Position numbers and translations under genes: made by a program. Below the pieces are notes generated by a model. That model made no database searches. It was given only the letters and a program-made list of their open reading frames with translations, and was not told the origin of the DNA. Shown here one piece after another: positions 9,174 to 19,791 of a DNA stretch of 64,000 bases; within the stretch, counting starts at the first letter, position 1, and each line of letters opens with the position of its first letter. The DNA is from a candidate division TA06 bacterium (GTDB lineage Bacteria; Edwardsbacteria; AC1; EtOH8): positions 7,163 to 71,162 of the forward strand of contig JACQXR010000039.1 in NCBI GenBank assembly GCA_016208585.1, in the 5' to 3' direction.

Positions 9174-10469
9174 TTGATGAAAAAATTCGGCGCCTTAAGC
9201 CTGCAGACCTTTTTATATCAAGCCCTGAGCATGGCACTGGGGCTGGCGTGCGGAGTGCTAGTGGCCCGGTACCTGGGCCCCACCGCCAAAGGAGCCATTG
9301 CCCTGTATGGCCTGATCGCCGGCTTTTTGGTGCTGGCTGGCAATCTGGGGCTGGGGCTGGCCAATGTTCATTTGGCCGGAAGCGGTCAGATAATGCCGGG
9401 CCGGGCTTGGGCCAATTCCCTTTACCTGGCGGTGCTGACCGGATCTCTTCTGGCCGTGCTGACGATATTCTTGTTCCCGGTCCTGGGGATTATCGTAAAA
9501 AGGCCGGTGGACATGGGCCTTTTGGGCATAGTTCTGTGCGGAGTGCCGTTGCTGCTGCTGCTGGATTATCAGATAAACCTGCTGCGGGGACTGGGCGATC
9601 TGGACGGTTTCAACCAGGCGGGTTTGATGCGCCAGGCCGGGCGGCTGGCGGCATTGGGCCTGCTGGTGGCGGCCCTGGGCGGTTTCGTAGCCGCAGCCCT
9701 GTGGGCGGCCAATATTTCAATCGCCGCTGCGGTGCTATGGAGCGGTTTTAGGCTTAAGAAAAAAACCGCCCTGTCGTTGGTACCGTCCTGGATCGGCCTG
9801 AAAAAATCATTGAGCTACGGACTGAAGGGCCAGCCCGGCCAGATAATCCAGTTCTTCAATTACCGTCTGGATCTGATCCTGCTGGCCTTGTTCTGGACCA
9901 ACCGCGAAGTGGGCATCTATGCCACCGCGGTTTTTTTAGCCGAACTGATTTGGTACATTCCGGCGGCGGTCTCCACCGTGCTGCTGCCGGCGGTTTCCTC
10001 GGCAGATTCGGAGTCCCGGGCCAAAAGCATCAGCCTTAAGGCCATCCGGCATACGGTATTCCTGAGCCTGGCCGCAGCGGTCCTCCTAGCCGTTTCGGCC
10101 CAGTGGCTGATAACAGCGCTTTACGGACCGGAATTTGCGCCCGCCGTCCGGGCGCTGCAGATCCTGCTTTTCGGAGTGGTGATGCTTTCGCCGGCCAAGC
10201 TCATCGTCAGCCATCTGGCCGGCGTGGGAAAATCGCAATACGTCAGTTATCTGGCCTTAAGCGGACTGGGCCTGACCCTGCTGCTGGACCTCGTCCTGAT
10301 CCCAAAATTCGGACTGAGGGGCGCGGCCTGGGCCTCGGCCGCCGCTTACAGCTGCTCCGGCCTGCTGTCGCTGTTCTGGCTCAAACGTCATCTGAATGTT
10401 GAGATCGTGCCCAACCTGATCCTGAACAAGGAGGACTGGCAGGAATACCGGGAGTTGATCAATCTATGA
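9174..10469 (+). CDS. Oligosaccharide flippase (Wzx/MOP superfamily polysaccharide biosynthesis protein).
   Basis: Roughly 12 TM segments across 431 aa, with a MOP-like N-terminus and glycine-rich helices. It lies in a glycan locus. Confidence 0.7.
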   Translation: MMKKFGALSLQTFLYQALSMALGLACGVLVARYLGPTAKGAIALYGLIAGFLVLAGNLGLGLANVHLAGSGQIMPGRAWANSLYLAVLTGSLLAVLTIFLFPVLGIIVKRPVDMGLLGIVLCGVPLLLLLDYQINLLRGLGDLDGFNQAGLMRQAGRLAALGLLVAALGGFVAAALWAANISIAAAVLWSGFRLKKKTALSLVPSWIGLKKSLSYGLKGQPGQIIQFFNYRLDLILLALFWTNREVGIYATAVFLAELIWYIPAAVSTVLLPAVSSADSESRAKSISLKAIRHTVFLSLAAAVLLAVSAQWLITALYGPEFAPAVRALQILLFGVVMLSPAKLIVSHLAGVGKSQYVSYLALSGLGLTLLLDLVLIPKFGLRGAAWASAAAYSCSGLLSLFWLKRHLNVEIVPNLILNKEDWQEYRELINL

Positions 10470-11740
10470 AAAAGGTATTGCTGCTGACATCAGTGGAAGT
10501 GCCTTTCCGCGGCAATCTGATAGAAGGGCAGTTCCTGGCTCCGATCCTGGGTGCCGGGGGAAATGACCCCGAACTAAAATTCCGTTACCTGTCGCTGGCC
10601 CCGGTACTGTTCTTTGCCGGGCGCCGCCGGCCCATTAAAACATATCTGGCTGGGCGGGCTAAACGGGCGGCCATAAAATCATTTACCTCAGGCCTGGGCT
10701 GCCGGACGGATATCTGGCCGATCTTATTCCCCTTCTTCCCCCGGGATTTCAACCTTACCAGGCTGAAATATTTTTTGTATCTGGCTTCGGCTCTGGCGCC
10801 GTTCTTCGCCTACCTGTTATTGTACCGCCCAGCTTTGGTGATCGCCCGCAGCTATCCGGCTGCCTCTCTGGCCCGGCTGGCCAAAAAACATTTCGGCATC
10901 CCATATGTTTTTGACCTGCGGGGGATGTACCCCGAGGAGGCGGTCAATGCCGGGGTATTTCCGGCTGACTCGCCGGATTATCGTTTCTGGAAAAAGCAGG
11001 AAAAAGCACTGGCCTCACAGGCATCCCTGAACATAGTGGTTTCGGAGCCGTTTGCCGAGCATCTGAAAAGCATTGATCCCAAAACTCGTTCATCCGTCAT
11101 TCCCTGCTGCGTGAACCTGCAAAAAATAAAGTTTGAACCGGCCCGCCGGGAAACATTAAAAAACAAATATGGGTTAAAAGACAGGTTCGTGCTGCTGCAC
11201 CTGGGGTCATTTGGGACTCCCGAAGACCGGGGCCTGGTGGCAGCCTACCTGCAGCGTTTTAAGAAGGCAAGGCAGGGTGCCTTTCTGGTAGTGGCTTCGG
11301 GCACGCCAGCCTTTTCACCCTCGATCCATCAGGCCTTAAGGACTGCCGGCCTCAAAGAGGGCGATTACCTGCTGGTCAATCCTTCTTCTCCGGAGCAGCT
11401 TTCCGAGATGCTGGCTCTGGGCGATGCCGGGCTGATCCTGGAACGCCGAAAGTCCAATACCAAGGTCTGTCTTTCGGTCAAGCTGGGGGAATATCTGGCT
11501 GCCGGCCTGCCGGTAATCTGCACGCCCTTCGTGGAGGGGGCGGCCCGGCTGGTCCGGCAGTACGATTGCGGCCTGCTGGTTGATCCCGAAGGCGATGAAC
11601 CGCTGGACAAAGAAAAGAGGTTTTTGAAAGATTACCAAATGCTGCGGGACCATGGATTCAAATTGGCAGGGGAAGCGCTGTCTCTGGAGCATTGCCGCCG
11701 GCTGTGGTGGCAATCCTTGTCAGGAGTTATAAGAACATGA
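10466..11740 (+). CDS. Glycosyltransferase, GT-B fold (GT4-like).
   Basis: C-terminal Glycos_transf_1-like region (GLPVICTPFVEGAARLV...GLLVDPEG). There is a 4-nt overlap with the flippase gene. Confidence 0.6.
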   Translation: MKKVLLLTSVEVPFRGNLIEGQFLAPILGAGGNDPELKFRYLSLAPVLFFAGRRRPIKTYLAGRAKRAAIKSFTSGLGCRTDIWPILFPFFPRDFNLTRLKYFLYLASALAPFFAYLLLYRPALVIARSYPAASLARLAKKHFGIPYVFDLRGMYPEEAVNAGVFPADSPDYRFWKKQEKALASQASLNIVVSEPFAEHLKSIDPKTRSSVIPCCVNLQKIKFEPARRETLKNKYGLKDRFVLLHLGSFGTPEDRGLVAAYLQRFKKARQGAFLVVASGTPAFSPSIHQALRTAGLKEGDYLLVNPSSPEQLSEMLALGDAGLILERRKSNTKVCLSVKLGEYLAAGLPVICTPFVEGAARLVRQYDCGLLVDPEGDEPLDKEKRFLKDYQMLRDHGFKLAGEALSLEHCRRLWWQSLSGVIRT

Positions 11741-12960
11741 GGACGAAGTCCAAAATATTTTATTTTGTCTTTCTGCTGGGTCTGGCCTTGAGACTGTCCT
11801 TTGTATTTGCGGTCCCGCCCTTTGCCGGTCCGGACGAGCAGTGCCATTACGATTACGTCAAACATCTGGTCGAAAATAAAACCCTGCCGGCGGACATTTA
11901 CCAGGATGCACATTACGAGTATTTTCAGGCGCCCCTGTATTATCTGACCCTAACGCCGCTCTATGCCCTGGCGGAAGGGCAGTCCCCGGCCTTCCGGCTT
12001 TACCTGCTGCGCCTGTTCAACTTTCTGCTGGCGGCGGCAATCCTCTGGCTGGCTTATCTGATCCTGGGAAGAACCTTTCCCGGAGCCGATTCCCTGATCG
12101 CCGGAGGGCTGGCCTTTGCAGCCTGGCACCCGGTCTATGCCCGGAATTCGGTCTGCATCAACAATGACAACCTGGCGGCATTGATCAGCGCGGTGCTGCT
12201 GTATTTTCTAACAAACAAAGACCTGATCCGGAAACAGTTCAATAAGTACGCTGCCATCGGTCTGCTTTGGGGCCTGGGGGTTCTGGCCAAAACATCGTTG
12301 CTGGCAGTCGCCCCGCTGATCTTCTACTCCGCCAATCAGGACGGAGGAACTGAACCTTTCAAAGTCAAAGGCCGGAAGGGCGCTGTCCTTTTCCTGCTGG
12401 CATCGGCAATAGCCGTTATGACCTGCGGTTTCTGGCTCATCCGCAACCAGGCGCTTTACGGCAACCTGATGGGGATGGGGCCTTACTGGCCCAGGCCCCA
12501 GGCCCCGTTCAGCCTGGCATTTCAGGCGGCCACGCTTAAACATAACTGGGTGAGTTTTTGGCGGTGCTTTAACGTGGCTGGGGAATCCGGGATATGGGAA
12601 ATTTTCAAATATGGCTGGTTGTTGTTTACGGTCGGGGCTTGGATCGGATGGAGCAAACTGTTAGGCTCTAAAAGGAACCTTTTGTACGGTAACGTTGGCC
12701 TTTGCCTTAGTGCTGTCTTGTTCCTTGCTTTTTATGTTGCCGGCTGGCTGTACGGAACAATCTACGGCAAGGGATTTCACGGGTTCTTCGAAGGAAGGTT
12801 TTTGTTTGCAGTGATGATCCCGGCCGGGGCTTTATTTGCTTATGGCATGGAGTCCATCGTTCCCGATGTCCTGAAAAAATATATCTGGGCAGCCTGGTCG
12901 CTTTTGTTGGCATTGAACGCTGGTTTGCTGTTGCTGGCGATGCTGAAAGTAATCCGATAA
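11737..12960 (+). CDS. GT-C fold membrane glycosyltransferase (ArnT/PMT-like, polyprenol-phosphate-sugar dependent).
   Basis: Polytopic protein with an early periplasmic-loop acidic motif (GPDEQCHYDY) following TM1. The ATGA overlap with the upstream stop suggests the start is at 11737. Confidence 0.45.
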   Translation: MRTKSKIFYFVFLLGLALRLSFVFAVPPFAGPDEQCHYDYVKHLVENKTLPADIYQDAHYEYFQAPLYYLTLTPLYALAEGQSPAFRLYLLRLFNFLLAAAILWLAYLILGRTFPGADSLIAGGLAFAAWHPVYARNSVCINNDNLAALISAVLLYFLTNKDLIRKQFNKYAAIGLLWGLGVLAKTSLLAVAPLIFYSANQDGGTEPFKVKGRKGAVLFLLASAIAVMTCGFWLIRNQALYGNLMGMGPYWPRPQAPFSLAFQAATLKHNWVSFWRCFNVAGESGIWEIFKYGWLLFTVGAWIGWSKLLGSKRNLLYGNVGLCLSAVLFLAFYVAGWLYGTIYGKGFHGFFEGRFLFAVMIPAGALFAYGMESIVPDVLKKYIWAAWSLLLALNAGLLLLAMLKVIR

Positions 12961-12978
12961 ATAAAAAGAGGAAAAACC

Positions 12979-13608
12979 ATGTTCAAAAAAGTACTGGTGC
13001 TGGCGCCCCACACCGATGACGGCGAGTTCGGATGCGGGGGATTCATAGCTAAACTGCTGAAGCAAAAAGCGCAGGTTCATTATGCCGCATTTTCCTCGGC
13101 CGAAAAATCGCTGCCTAAAGGGGCCAACCCCGATACTCTCAAAAAAGAGCTTCAGGCGGCCCTGGACAGTCTGGGGATCAAAAAACAACACCGCATCATC
13201 TATAATTATCCGGTGCGCGATTTTCCCCAGCACCGTCAGGCGATATTGGACGACATGATTAGGCTGAAAAGAAAAATAAATCCCGACCTGGTGCTGATCC
13301 CCTGCTTCAACGATACCCATCAGGACCATCTGACCATCGCCCAGGAGGGTTTTAGGGCCTTCAAGGACCGCACTATTCTGGGTTACGAGATCCCCTGGAA
13401 CAATAAGACCTTTGAGACCCAGTCTTTCGTGCTGCTGGAGCCGCGGCATATCGAGGCCAAGATCAAAGCCCTGAAGCGCTATAAGTCCCAGCTGGGGAGG
13501 TTTTACGCCAATCCGGAATTCATCAAGGCTCTGGCCAAGACCCGGGGGACGCAGATCGGGGCCCGGTACGCCGAGGCCTTTGAGGTCATCCGCTGGGTTA
13601 TACATTAA
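12979..13608 (+). CDS. PIG-L/LmbE family N-acetylglucosaminyl deacetylase.
   Basis: VLVLAPHTDDGEFGCGG and the HQDH motif are present. Confidence 0.8.
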   Translation: MFKKVLVLAPHTDDGEFGCGGFIAKLLKQKAQVHYAAFSSAEKSLPKGANPDTLKKELQAALDSLGIKKQHRIIYNYPVRDFPQHRQAILDDMIRLKRKINPDLVLIPCFNDTHQDHLTIAQEGFRAFKDRTILGYEIPWNNKTFETQSFVLLEPRHIEAKIKALKRYKSQLGRFYANPEFIKALAKTRGTQIGARYAEAFEVIRWVIH

Positions 13609-13637
13609 TTGCAAATTCCAAATTACTAATTGAAAAT

Positions 13638-13991
13638 ATGGAAAAGAAAGATATTTGCGAAAGAACTTTTAACTATGCGGTTGCAATTGTTAAATTTTGC
13701 CGGGCAATTGATAATGGGAGAAATGTTGAACGACTTCTATCGCGGCAGCTGTTCCGTTCGGGAACATCTATAGGGGCAAATGTTGAAGAAGCCCAGGCTG
13801 GACAAAGCAAGGCGGATTTCATATCCAAAATGTCAATAGCTCGAAAAGAGGCCAGGGAAACAAGATATTGGCTCTCCCTCTGTAATAGCTTAAACATAGG
13901 CATCCCTCGTGATGTTGATGTTTTACTCAAAGAAATCAACGAATTAATTGCAATATTAACGACGATAATTAAAAAGACAAAGGGTAATTAA
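13638..13991 (+). CDS. Four-helix-bundle protein (TIGR02436; 23S rRNA intervening-sequence protein family).
   Basis: Motifs F.RQL.RS.TSIGAN..EAQ and KMSIARKEARETRYWL are present. The gene is AT-rich. Confidence 0.8.
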   Translation: MEKKDICERTFNYAVAIVKFCRAIDNGRNVERLLSRQLFRSGTSIGANVEEAQAGQSKADFISKMSIARKEARETRYWLSLCNSLNIGIPRDVDVLLKEINELIAILTTIIKKTKGN

Positions 13992-14014
13992 GGAAACAAA
14001 ATGTCATTATTAAT

Positions 14015-14722
14015 TTGGAATTTAGTAATTCAAAGATGATCATCGCCGCGCATCAACCAAACTACCTGCCCTGGGCGGGCTATTTTTATAAAATGGTCCG
14101 CTGCGATGTGTTTGTCTTTATGGACAGCGTTCAGTATTCCCGCACCTCGTACACCGCCCGGTGCTCCATCAAACAAAACGATGGCAACGCCAGCTGGCTC
14201 TCGGTGCCGGTTCTAAAAAAGGGCCGCTACTTCCAAAACGTCAGCGAAGTAATCATTGACAACCAAAGGCCCTGGCAGGCCGAGCATCTGAAGACCTTGG
14301 AATCGTGCTATTCCCGGACGCCGCATTTCAAAGAATATTCCTGGCTGCTGGATCTGGCTTACGGACAAAAATGGGAAAACCTGTCGCAGTTGAACCGGAC
14401 GGTAATAATGAGACTGGCTGAGCATCTGGGAATAAAAACGAAGTTCGTAGACCTTTCAACACTTGATGTCAAAGGCAGCTCTACGGAAATGCTGGTGTCA
14501 CTATGCCGGAGCCTTAATGCGGACGAGTATCTCTCCGGCACAGGGGGACAGAAGTATCTGGACCAGGAACAGTTTCGGCAGGCCGGGATAAGCCTCAAGT
14601 ATACAAAATACCAGCCCCAACCCTATCCTCAGCCCTGGGGAGAATTCGCGCCCGGGCTTTCGATGATAGATATGCTTTTCAACTGCGGGCCGGAAGAAAC
14701 CCAAAAAATAATCATCCATTGA
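14015..14722 (+). CDS. WbqC-like family protein.
   Basis: IAAHQPNYLPWAGYFYKM and QYSRTSYTARC match the WbqC signature (PF08889). Confidence 0.7.
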   Translation: MEFSNSKMIIAAHQPNYLPWAGYFYKMVRCDVFVFMDSVQYSRTSYTARCSIKQNDGNASWLSVPVLKKGRYFQNVSEVIIDNQRPWQAEHLKTLESCYSRTPHFKEYSWLLDLAYGQKWENLSQLNRTVIMRLAEHLGIKTKFVDLSTLDVKGSSTEMLVSLCRSLNADEYLSGTGGQKYLDQEQFRQAGISLKYTKYQPQPYPQPWGEFAPGLSMIDMLFNCGPEETQKIIIH

Positions 14723-14729
14723 ACCTGGC

Positions 14730-15713
14730 ATGAAGATCATTTTGGCCGGAGTGTTCAACGTTCCCTGGTCCACCAACCAGTTCATGAAAAAACACCTGGA
14801 GCGGCTGGGGCACCAGGTATTGCCGTTTGAGATCGACTGGTCCCATCCCCGTCCGTTGAACTTAGCGGAAAGAATCAAGTTCAAGTTTTCTACCACAGCC
14901 AAGGGCCGGCAGGCCGGGACAAAACTGCTACAGATGGCCCAAGCCCAAAATCCCGATGCCGTGATCATCGTCAAGGGAAAACGATTGAATCCCGGCATCA
15001 CAAAACAATTGGCCGCTCAGGCTTTGGTGGCCTACCGTTACATGGATGCCCCGCTTCTGCCTTACGTGGCGGCCCACGCCTCGGCCAGCCATTTGACCCT
15101 GGTGACCGGAGGACATCTTGTTGATCCCTTGGCCAAGATCACCGGAAACAACAATGTCTACAAGCTTCTTGAGGGATGCGATCCCGAAGCACACAAACCA
15201 GTGTCCTTTGACCAGGAGTACTCATGCGATGTGGCTTTCGTAGGCGCTCCGGCCCGGGACCGGATTTCTCTCCTGCGGGCCAGCAAAAAAGCCGGGTATA
15301 AGATAATGATCTGGGGTTCACCGGGCTGGCCCAAAGATCTGGGCTACTGTCAAAAATTCGCTTACGGCCAGGATTTTGCCAAGGTCTGCGCCTCGGCCAG
15401 GATCGTTCTGGGCATTAACAGCCGAAACGACTGCCCCGGCTATTTCTCCGACCGGGCCTTTCTGGTCTTGGCCTGCCGGGGATTTTTTCTGACCCATTAT
15501 GTTCCGGGGCTGGAAAAATATTTTGATAATCACAAGCAGCTGGTATGGTTTAAAGACCGGACCGAGTTGCTGGGAATGACAGATAAATATATTCGCGGCG
15601 ATGCTGCCCGTTCCGATATTGCCGGGGCGGGACAGAAACTGGTATATCAAAAATATACCTGGGAGAAATCCATGCGGGTTCTGATGGAAATCCTGAAACA
15701 ACAAAAGCGCTGA
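14730..15713 (+). CDS. CgeB-like glycosyltransferase (DUF3880 plus Glyco_trans_1_2).
   Basis: N-terminal pattern MKI..........LGHQV..F and C-terminal GFFLT..Y region. It is a paralog of 37042-38094. Confidence 0.5.
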   Translation: MKIILAGVFNVPWSTNQFMKKHLERLGHQVLPFEIDWSHPRPLNLAERIKFKFSTTAKGRQAGTKLLQMAQAQNPDAVIIVKGKRLNPGITKQLAAQALVAYRYMDAPLLPYVAAHASASHLTLVTGGHLVDPLAKITGNNNVYKLLEGCDPEAHKPVSFDQEYSCDVAFVGAPARDRISLLRASKKAGYKIMIWGSPGWPKDLGYCQKFAYGQDFAKVCASARIVLGINSRNDCPGYFSDRAFLVLACRGFFLTHYVPGLEKYFDNHKQLVWFKDRTELLGMTDKYIRGDAARSDIAGAGQKLVYQKYTWEKSMRVLMEILKQQKR

Positions 15714-16684
15714 TGCGCCCGGAACTGTTGGAAATACTGCAATGTCCCGGCTGCCGGCAAAGCAACTGGCGGCTTAAGTCACTGAAGGAAGACAACCGGG
15801 AGATCCGCCGGGGGGCTTTGACCTGCGCGGGCTGTCAAAGTATTTATTCCATAAACAACGGGATACTTGACTGCCTGGTTGGCGGACACCCCTGGATAGA
15901 GAGCGCCCAAAGAAGCTATCGCCGCTCAAAAACAACCACCGCTCAAAAATGGAGCCCGGAACAACTGGCCCGGCGGAAACACCTGGAAAACACTTATACC
16001 AGCGACAGCCGGGCCAACTTTGCCCAGCTGATAAAAAGACTGCCGGCGGGAGAGGGTTGGGCTTTGGACATGGGAGCCGGAACGGGGTGGACCACTGCGC
16101 AAATCGCGGCCCTGGGCTACCGGAGCATTGCCCTGGACATCAGCGCCGACAATAAGTTGGAGCTGGGAGAATGTTTTTTTGACCGCAACATTTACTTTGA
16201 CCGGATACTGGCCGATATGAACCGGCTGCCATTTAAGGCCGGCTCGCTGTCTTTAGCGGCCGCCTCGGCCGTCCTGCATCACAGTTATGATCTGAGCGGA
16301 GCGGTCCGGGAAATAAGTCGGACGCTGGTCCCTAACGGCCGGCTGGAACTGGCCAATGAGCCGGTGAAGGGTTTGGCCGAAGCTTTTTTATCCCGGCCCG
16401 GTAATATTGACGAAGATGTCAAAGAGGCCAGCTATTCGCTGTCAACCTGGCGGGCCCTGTTACTTCGTTACGGACTTGAAAACAGGATATATTTTCCCCA
16501 AAGCATTCAACTAAGGCTGGCAAAAAATAATTTCAACCCCCGGCATAAATTTTTCATTGCCGCCCGGGCGGTCTCCGGTCTGGCCAGATCGGCGCCGGGA
16601 CTGTTGTTCGGCGGCTTCAGCTTAAAGTTGGGCCACGCACTGTTCGGCCTGCCCCTGTCGCTTTCGGCCAGAAAGATGAAATGA
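15713..16684 (+). CDS. Class I SAM-dependent methyltransferase with an N-terminal Trm112-like zinc ribbon.
   Basis: LEILQCPGC...LTCAGC is a zinc ribbon. ALDMGAGTGWTT is motif I. Confidence 0.7.
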   Translation: MRPELLEILQCPGCRQSNWRLKSLKEDNREIRRGALTCAGCQSIYSINNGILDCLVGGHPWIESAQRSYRRSKTTTAQKWSPEQLARRKHLENTYTSDSRANFAQLIKRLPAGEGWALDMGAGTGWTTAQIAALGYRSIALDISADNKLELGECFFDRNIYFDRILADMNRLPFKAGSLSLAAASAVLHHSYDLSGAVREISRTLVPNGRLELANEPVKGLAEAFLSRPGNIDEDVKEASYSLSTWRALLLRYGLENRIYFPQSIQLRLAKNNFNPRHKFFIAARAVSGLARSAPGLLFGGFSLKLGHALFGLPLSLSARKMK

Positions 16685-18507
16685 AGCAGGGCTTTTCCAT
16701 AATCATCCCCACTTGCAACACCCTTCCTTATCTAAAACTTTGCTTGAAAAGTTTTAAGGACCACTCGGCTTATTCCCATCAGATAATAGTCTGCGCCGAC
16801 GGCTGCCGCGACGGCACCAACGAATTCCTGAGAACTTATCCCGGGATAGATGCCGTAATCCTGGACAAGAACCAGGGAATCTGCAGCGCTACCAACCAGG
16901 CCGCCCGTTTGGCCAACCGGGAATATCTGTTTCTGGCCAACGATGATTTAGTCGCCGCACCCGGCTGGGATCAGGCCCTGATGTCTCTGGCAACATCCGA
17001 CCGGATATTAAGCGGAGTCCAGATAGAGCCGGAATGGGTGCCGGTGGCGCCCTGCCACCTCAAGCAGGATTTCGGCCGGGTATTTGACGAATTTCGGGAA
17101 CCGGAATTCCTAAAATACGCTGCGGAGGAGAGCCGGCAGAAACAGGGGGTTGCAGAGGCAGGAGTAAATTATCCCTTTTTGGTCCACCGGGAATTATGGA
17201 ACCGGCTGGAGGGTTTGGATGAGCGGTTCAATCCCGGGCCGGGATCTGACCCCGACCTTTTCTACCGGCTGGCCCTGGGAGGGGCGGAATTCCTGCGGAT
17301 CCGTTCCTGTTTGTTCTACCATTTCGGAGGCCGGGCCTCGCGCTTTGCCGGCGAGTCGGGCCGCCAGTCAAATTCCTGGAAACAGGCCGCCGCCCGCAGC
17401 CGGGATGTTTTTTCTCAAAAATGGGGAAGGCCCTGGGATTTTGGTTTTGGGCAGGCGCCAAAAATAAAAAGGCCGGAATCCCTGGCCTTTTTCGTCTGGG
17501 GCGGCATCGGCAACATGATCATGGCCTTGCCGGCCATCGATGCCGCCAGAAAAGACCTACCGGAGGCCAAGATCACAGTGATTGCCCAAAAGCAGATCAT
17601 GCTGCAGTTGGTTCCGCCTGAAATTCAAAGTACAGTGGCGCTTAATGATCCGAGCTACCGGGGCGCAACGGGATTATTGAAATTAATCAAAGACTTAAGA
17701 AAGATCAAACCCCGGATAACCTTAACCAGCCTGCCTTTCCCCCCAATTAGATATGGCCTTCTGGCCCTGATCTCTGGCGCCCGGGACCGGGTATGTCCAA
17801 AAGCAAATAAAATTCCGGGCTGCAACCTGAAAATACAAACCGGGGGGAAACATTATCTGGAGCGCAATCTGGAACTGCTGCGGCCGGCGGGCATCGACCG
17901 GAAATTCCGAGGCTACAATTTAGCGCTGGTCCAGGATGAAATAAAACAGGCAGATGAATTCTTACGGCGGCAGAAAATAGACAGTTCAAAACGGGTCGGT
18001 CTGCATCCCGGAGCGGGGCATCCCCGGAAACGATGGGCCAAAGAGAGTTTTGTTGCCTTGGGAAAAATCTTAACAGGGCGGGGATTTTACCTGCTGGTCT
18101 TCGGCGGCCCGGAGGAAAAGCAGTTGGCGGATTATCTGGCTTCAAGCATCGGATCCAGCGCTTATTCCTGGGTTGGAAATCATGAGTTCAGGGCCACGCT
18201 GGCATTAATCAGAAGCTGCCGGGCCTTTATTTCCAACGACAGCGGCCTGGCCCATTGCGCTGCAGCATTGGCGGTTCCCACCCTTACCATTTTCGGCCCT
18301 ACCGATCCGGCCTTAAGCCGGCCTTACGGCCAGATGGCCAGGGTGGTTCAAAGTCCGGTAAAATGCGGCCCCTGCTATCGTCCGGCCAATAGATACGGTT
18401 GCCGGCAATGTGATCCGCGGTGTCTTTCACAAATCTTTCCGGAACAAGTTTTAAAGGAATTTGAAACTTTGTGGCGGCAGTCAAAACCCAAGGAAAAAAC
18501 AATTTGA
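16681..18507 (+). CDS. Bifunctional glycosyltransferase: N-terminal GT2 fused to C-terminal GT9 (heptosyltransferase-like).
   Basis: FSIIIPTCN...DGCRDGT, a DxD region, and NDDL indicate GT2. The C-terminus has GLHPGAGHPRKRW...NDSGLAHCAAALAVPTLTIFGPTDP, which is GT9. Confidence 0.8.
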   Translation: MKQGFSIIIPTCNTLPYLKLCLKSFKDHSAYSHQIIVCADGCRDGTNEFLRTYPGIDAVILDKNQGICSATNQAARLANREYLFLANDDLVAAPGWDQALMSLATSDRILSGVQIEPEWVPVAPCHLKQDFGRVFDEFREPEFLKYAAEESRQKQGVAEAGVNYPFLVHRELWNRLEGLDERFNPGPGSDPDLFYRLALGGAEFLRIRSCLFYHFGGRASRFAGESGRQSNSWKQAAARSRDVFSQKWGRPWDFGFGQAPKIKRPESLAFFVWGGIGNMIMALPAIDAARKDLPEAKITVIAQKQIMLQLVPPEIQSTVALNDPSYRGATGLLKLIKDLRKIKPRITLTSLPFPPIRYGLLALISGARDRVCPKANKIPGCNLKIQTGGKHYLERNLELLRPAGIDRKFRGYNLALVQDEIKQADEFLRRQKIDSSKRVGLHPGAGHPRKRWAKESFVALGKILTGRGFYLLVFGGPEEKQLADYLASSIGSSAYSWVGNHEFRATLALIRSCRAFISNDSGLAHCAAALAVPTLTIFGPTDPALSRPYGQMARVVQSPVKCGPCYRPANRYGCRQCDPRCLSQIFPEQVLKEFETLWRQSKPKEKTI

Positions 18508-18591
18508 CCAAGACCTAATTGACCAAGGTATAAAATTATTGACTTTTAACATATCTTGTGTTATCATAATCTGTTATAAATCAAGGTTATA

Positions 18592-19791
18592 GTGAAGGTA
18601 TTATTTTTTGATCATTCACCGGTTTACGGCGGGGCCGAGCAAAGCCTGCTTTCAATTTTACCGGCCTTAAAACCGCCAATAGCGCCGGTTTTGCTGGTTT
18701 TACCCGACAGCATTCTGGTTAAAAAAGCCCGGGAACTGAAAATAAGATTCCGGACGATAAACTTAAGCCCCAGGCTTGCCTCTTTGCCCCAGGCCCGGCT
18801 GGCAAAAAATATTTTTAATCCGCTTTTATGGAGGGATATCTCCCGGACCAAAAGGGCTTTGGCAGATGCGGTTCAAAAAGAAAAAGCCGACTTGGTTTAT
18901 GCCAATACCCTGAAATCCGTCATCCTGCTGGGTCTCTGCAGCAAAAAGATCCCCCAGCCGCAGGTGTGGCATATCCGAGATATCGTCTCCGGCCTGCCGG
19001 CGGTTTTGCTGTGGCGGGTTGGCCGGATCAGCAGTCCCAAAGTCATAGCTGTTTCCCGGGTTGCCGCCGGCCAGCCGGCTTTGAAGTTCAGCGCCACTGC
19101 TCCGACAGTGATCCACAATGGAATAGATCAGGAAAAATGGATATTTGACAGCCGACAGCAAAAGCCTGACGAGGTCAAAGCCCGGTTGGGAATTAAGCCG
19201 GGAGAATCTTTGATTGGCGTTTTTGGCCAGCTTTCGGCCTGGAAGGGGCAGGAACACGCCATCCAGGCCTTGGCCCACCTTAAGCGGCGGGGATTTTTGT
19301 GCAAACTGCTTTTGGCCGGTGACGCCATTTTTGCCGGGCAGGGATATCCTGAAAAACTGAAGAGTTTAGCCGGATCCTTGAATATCTCCGAAGATGTGAT
19401 ATTTTCCGGCTGGTTAGAAAACGCCGCTCCCTATATGATGGCGGCCGATATCATTGTTCACACTCCGGTAAAGCCGGAGCCTTTCGGCCGGGTGCTGATC
19501 GAGGCCATGGCTTTGGGCAAGCCGGTGGTGGCCATTAAAAACGGAGGGATTCCCGAGATCATCGACCACGGGCGGAGCGGATTGCTGCTGGAAAGCCACC
19601 AGGAACTGCCTTTTGTGCTGGAACGGCTTTTATGCCAGCCGGCCCAGGCCAAGGCTTTGGGTGATGAAGCCCGGCGCCAGGTTGAATTGAGGTTCAAGCT
19701 GTCGGATACGGTTTCAAGAGTCTCGGATTTCTTAACGGGGGCGTTCTCAAATATTTCCAGAACAAGTTTAAAGGGTTTTGAAATTTTGTAG
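18592..19791 (+). CDS. Glycosyltransferase family 4.
   Basis: GTG start. FFDHSPVYGGAEQ and the EX7E region (HTPVKPEPFGRVLIEAMALGKPVVA) are present. Confidence 0.8.
   Translation: MKVLFFDHSPVYGGAEQSLLSILPALKPPIAPVLLVLPDSILVKKARELKIRFRTINLSPRLASLPQARLAKNIFNPLLWRDISRTKRALADAVQKEKADLVYANTLKSVILLGLCSKKIPQPQVWHIRDIVSGLPAVLLWRVGRISSPKVIAVSRVAAGQPALKFSATAPTVIHNGIDQEKWIFDSRQQKPDEVKARLGIKPGESLIGVFGQLSAWKGQEHAIQALAHLKRRGFLCKLLLAGDAIFAGQGYPEKLKSLAGSLNISEDVIFSGWLENAAPYMMAADIIVHTPVKPEPFGRVLIEAMALGKPVVAIKNGGIPEIIDHGRSGLLLESHQELPFVLERLLCQPAQAKALGDEARRQVELRFKLSDTVSRVSDFLTGAFSNISRTSLKGFEIL

Noticed and set aside
9116-9751. A 211-aa plus-strand ORF overlapping the flippase gene.
   Set aside because: It is in an alternative frame of the Wzx gene and has an Arg/Gly/Pro-rich low-complexity translation.
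12832-13614. A 260-aa minus-strand ORF.
   Set aside because: It lies antisense to the PIG-L deacetylase and four-helix-bundle genes, with no recognisable motifs.
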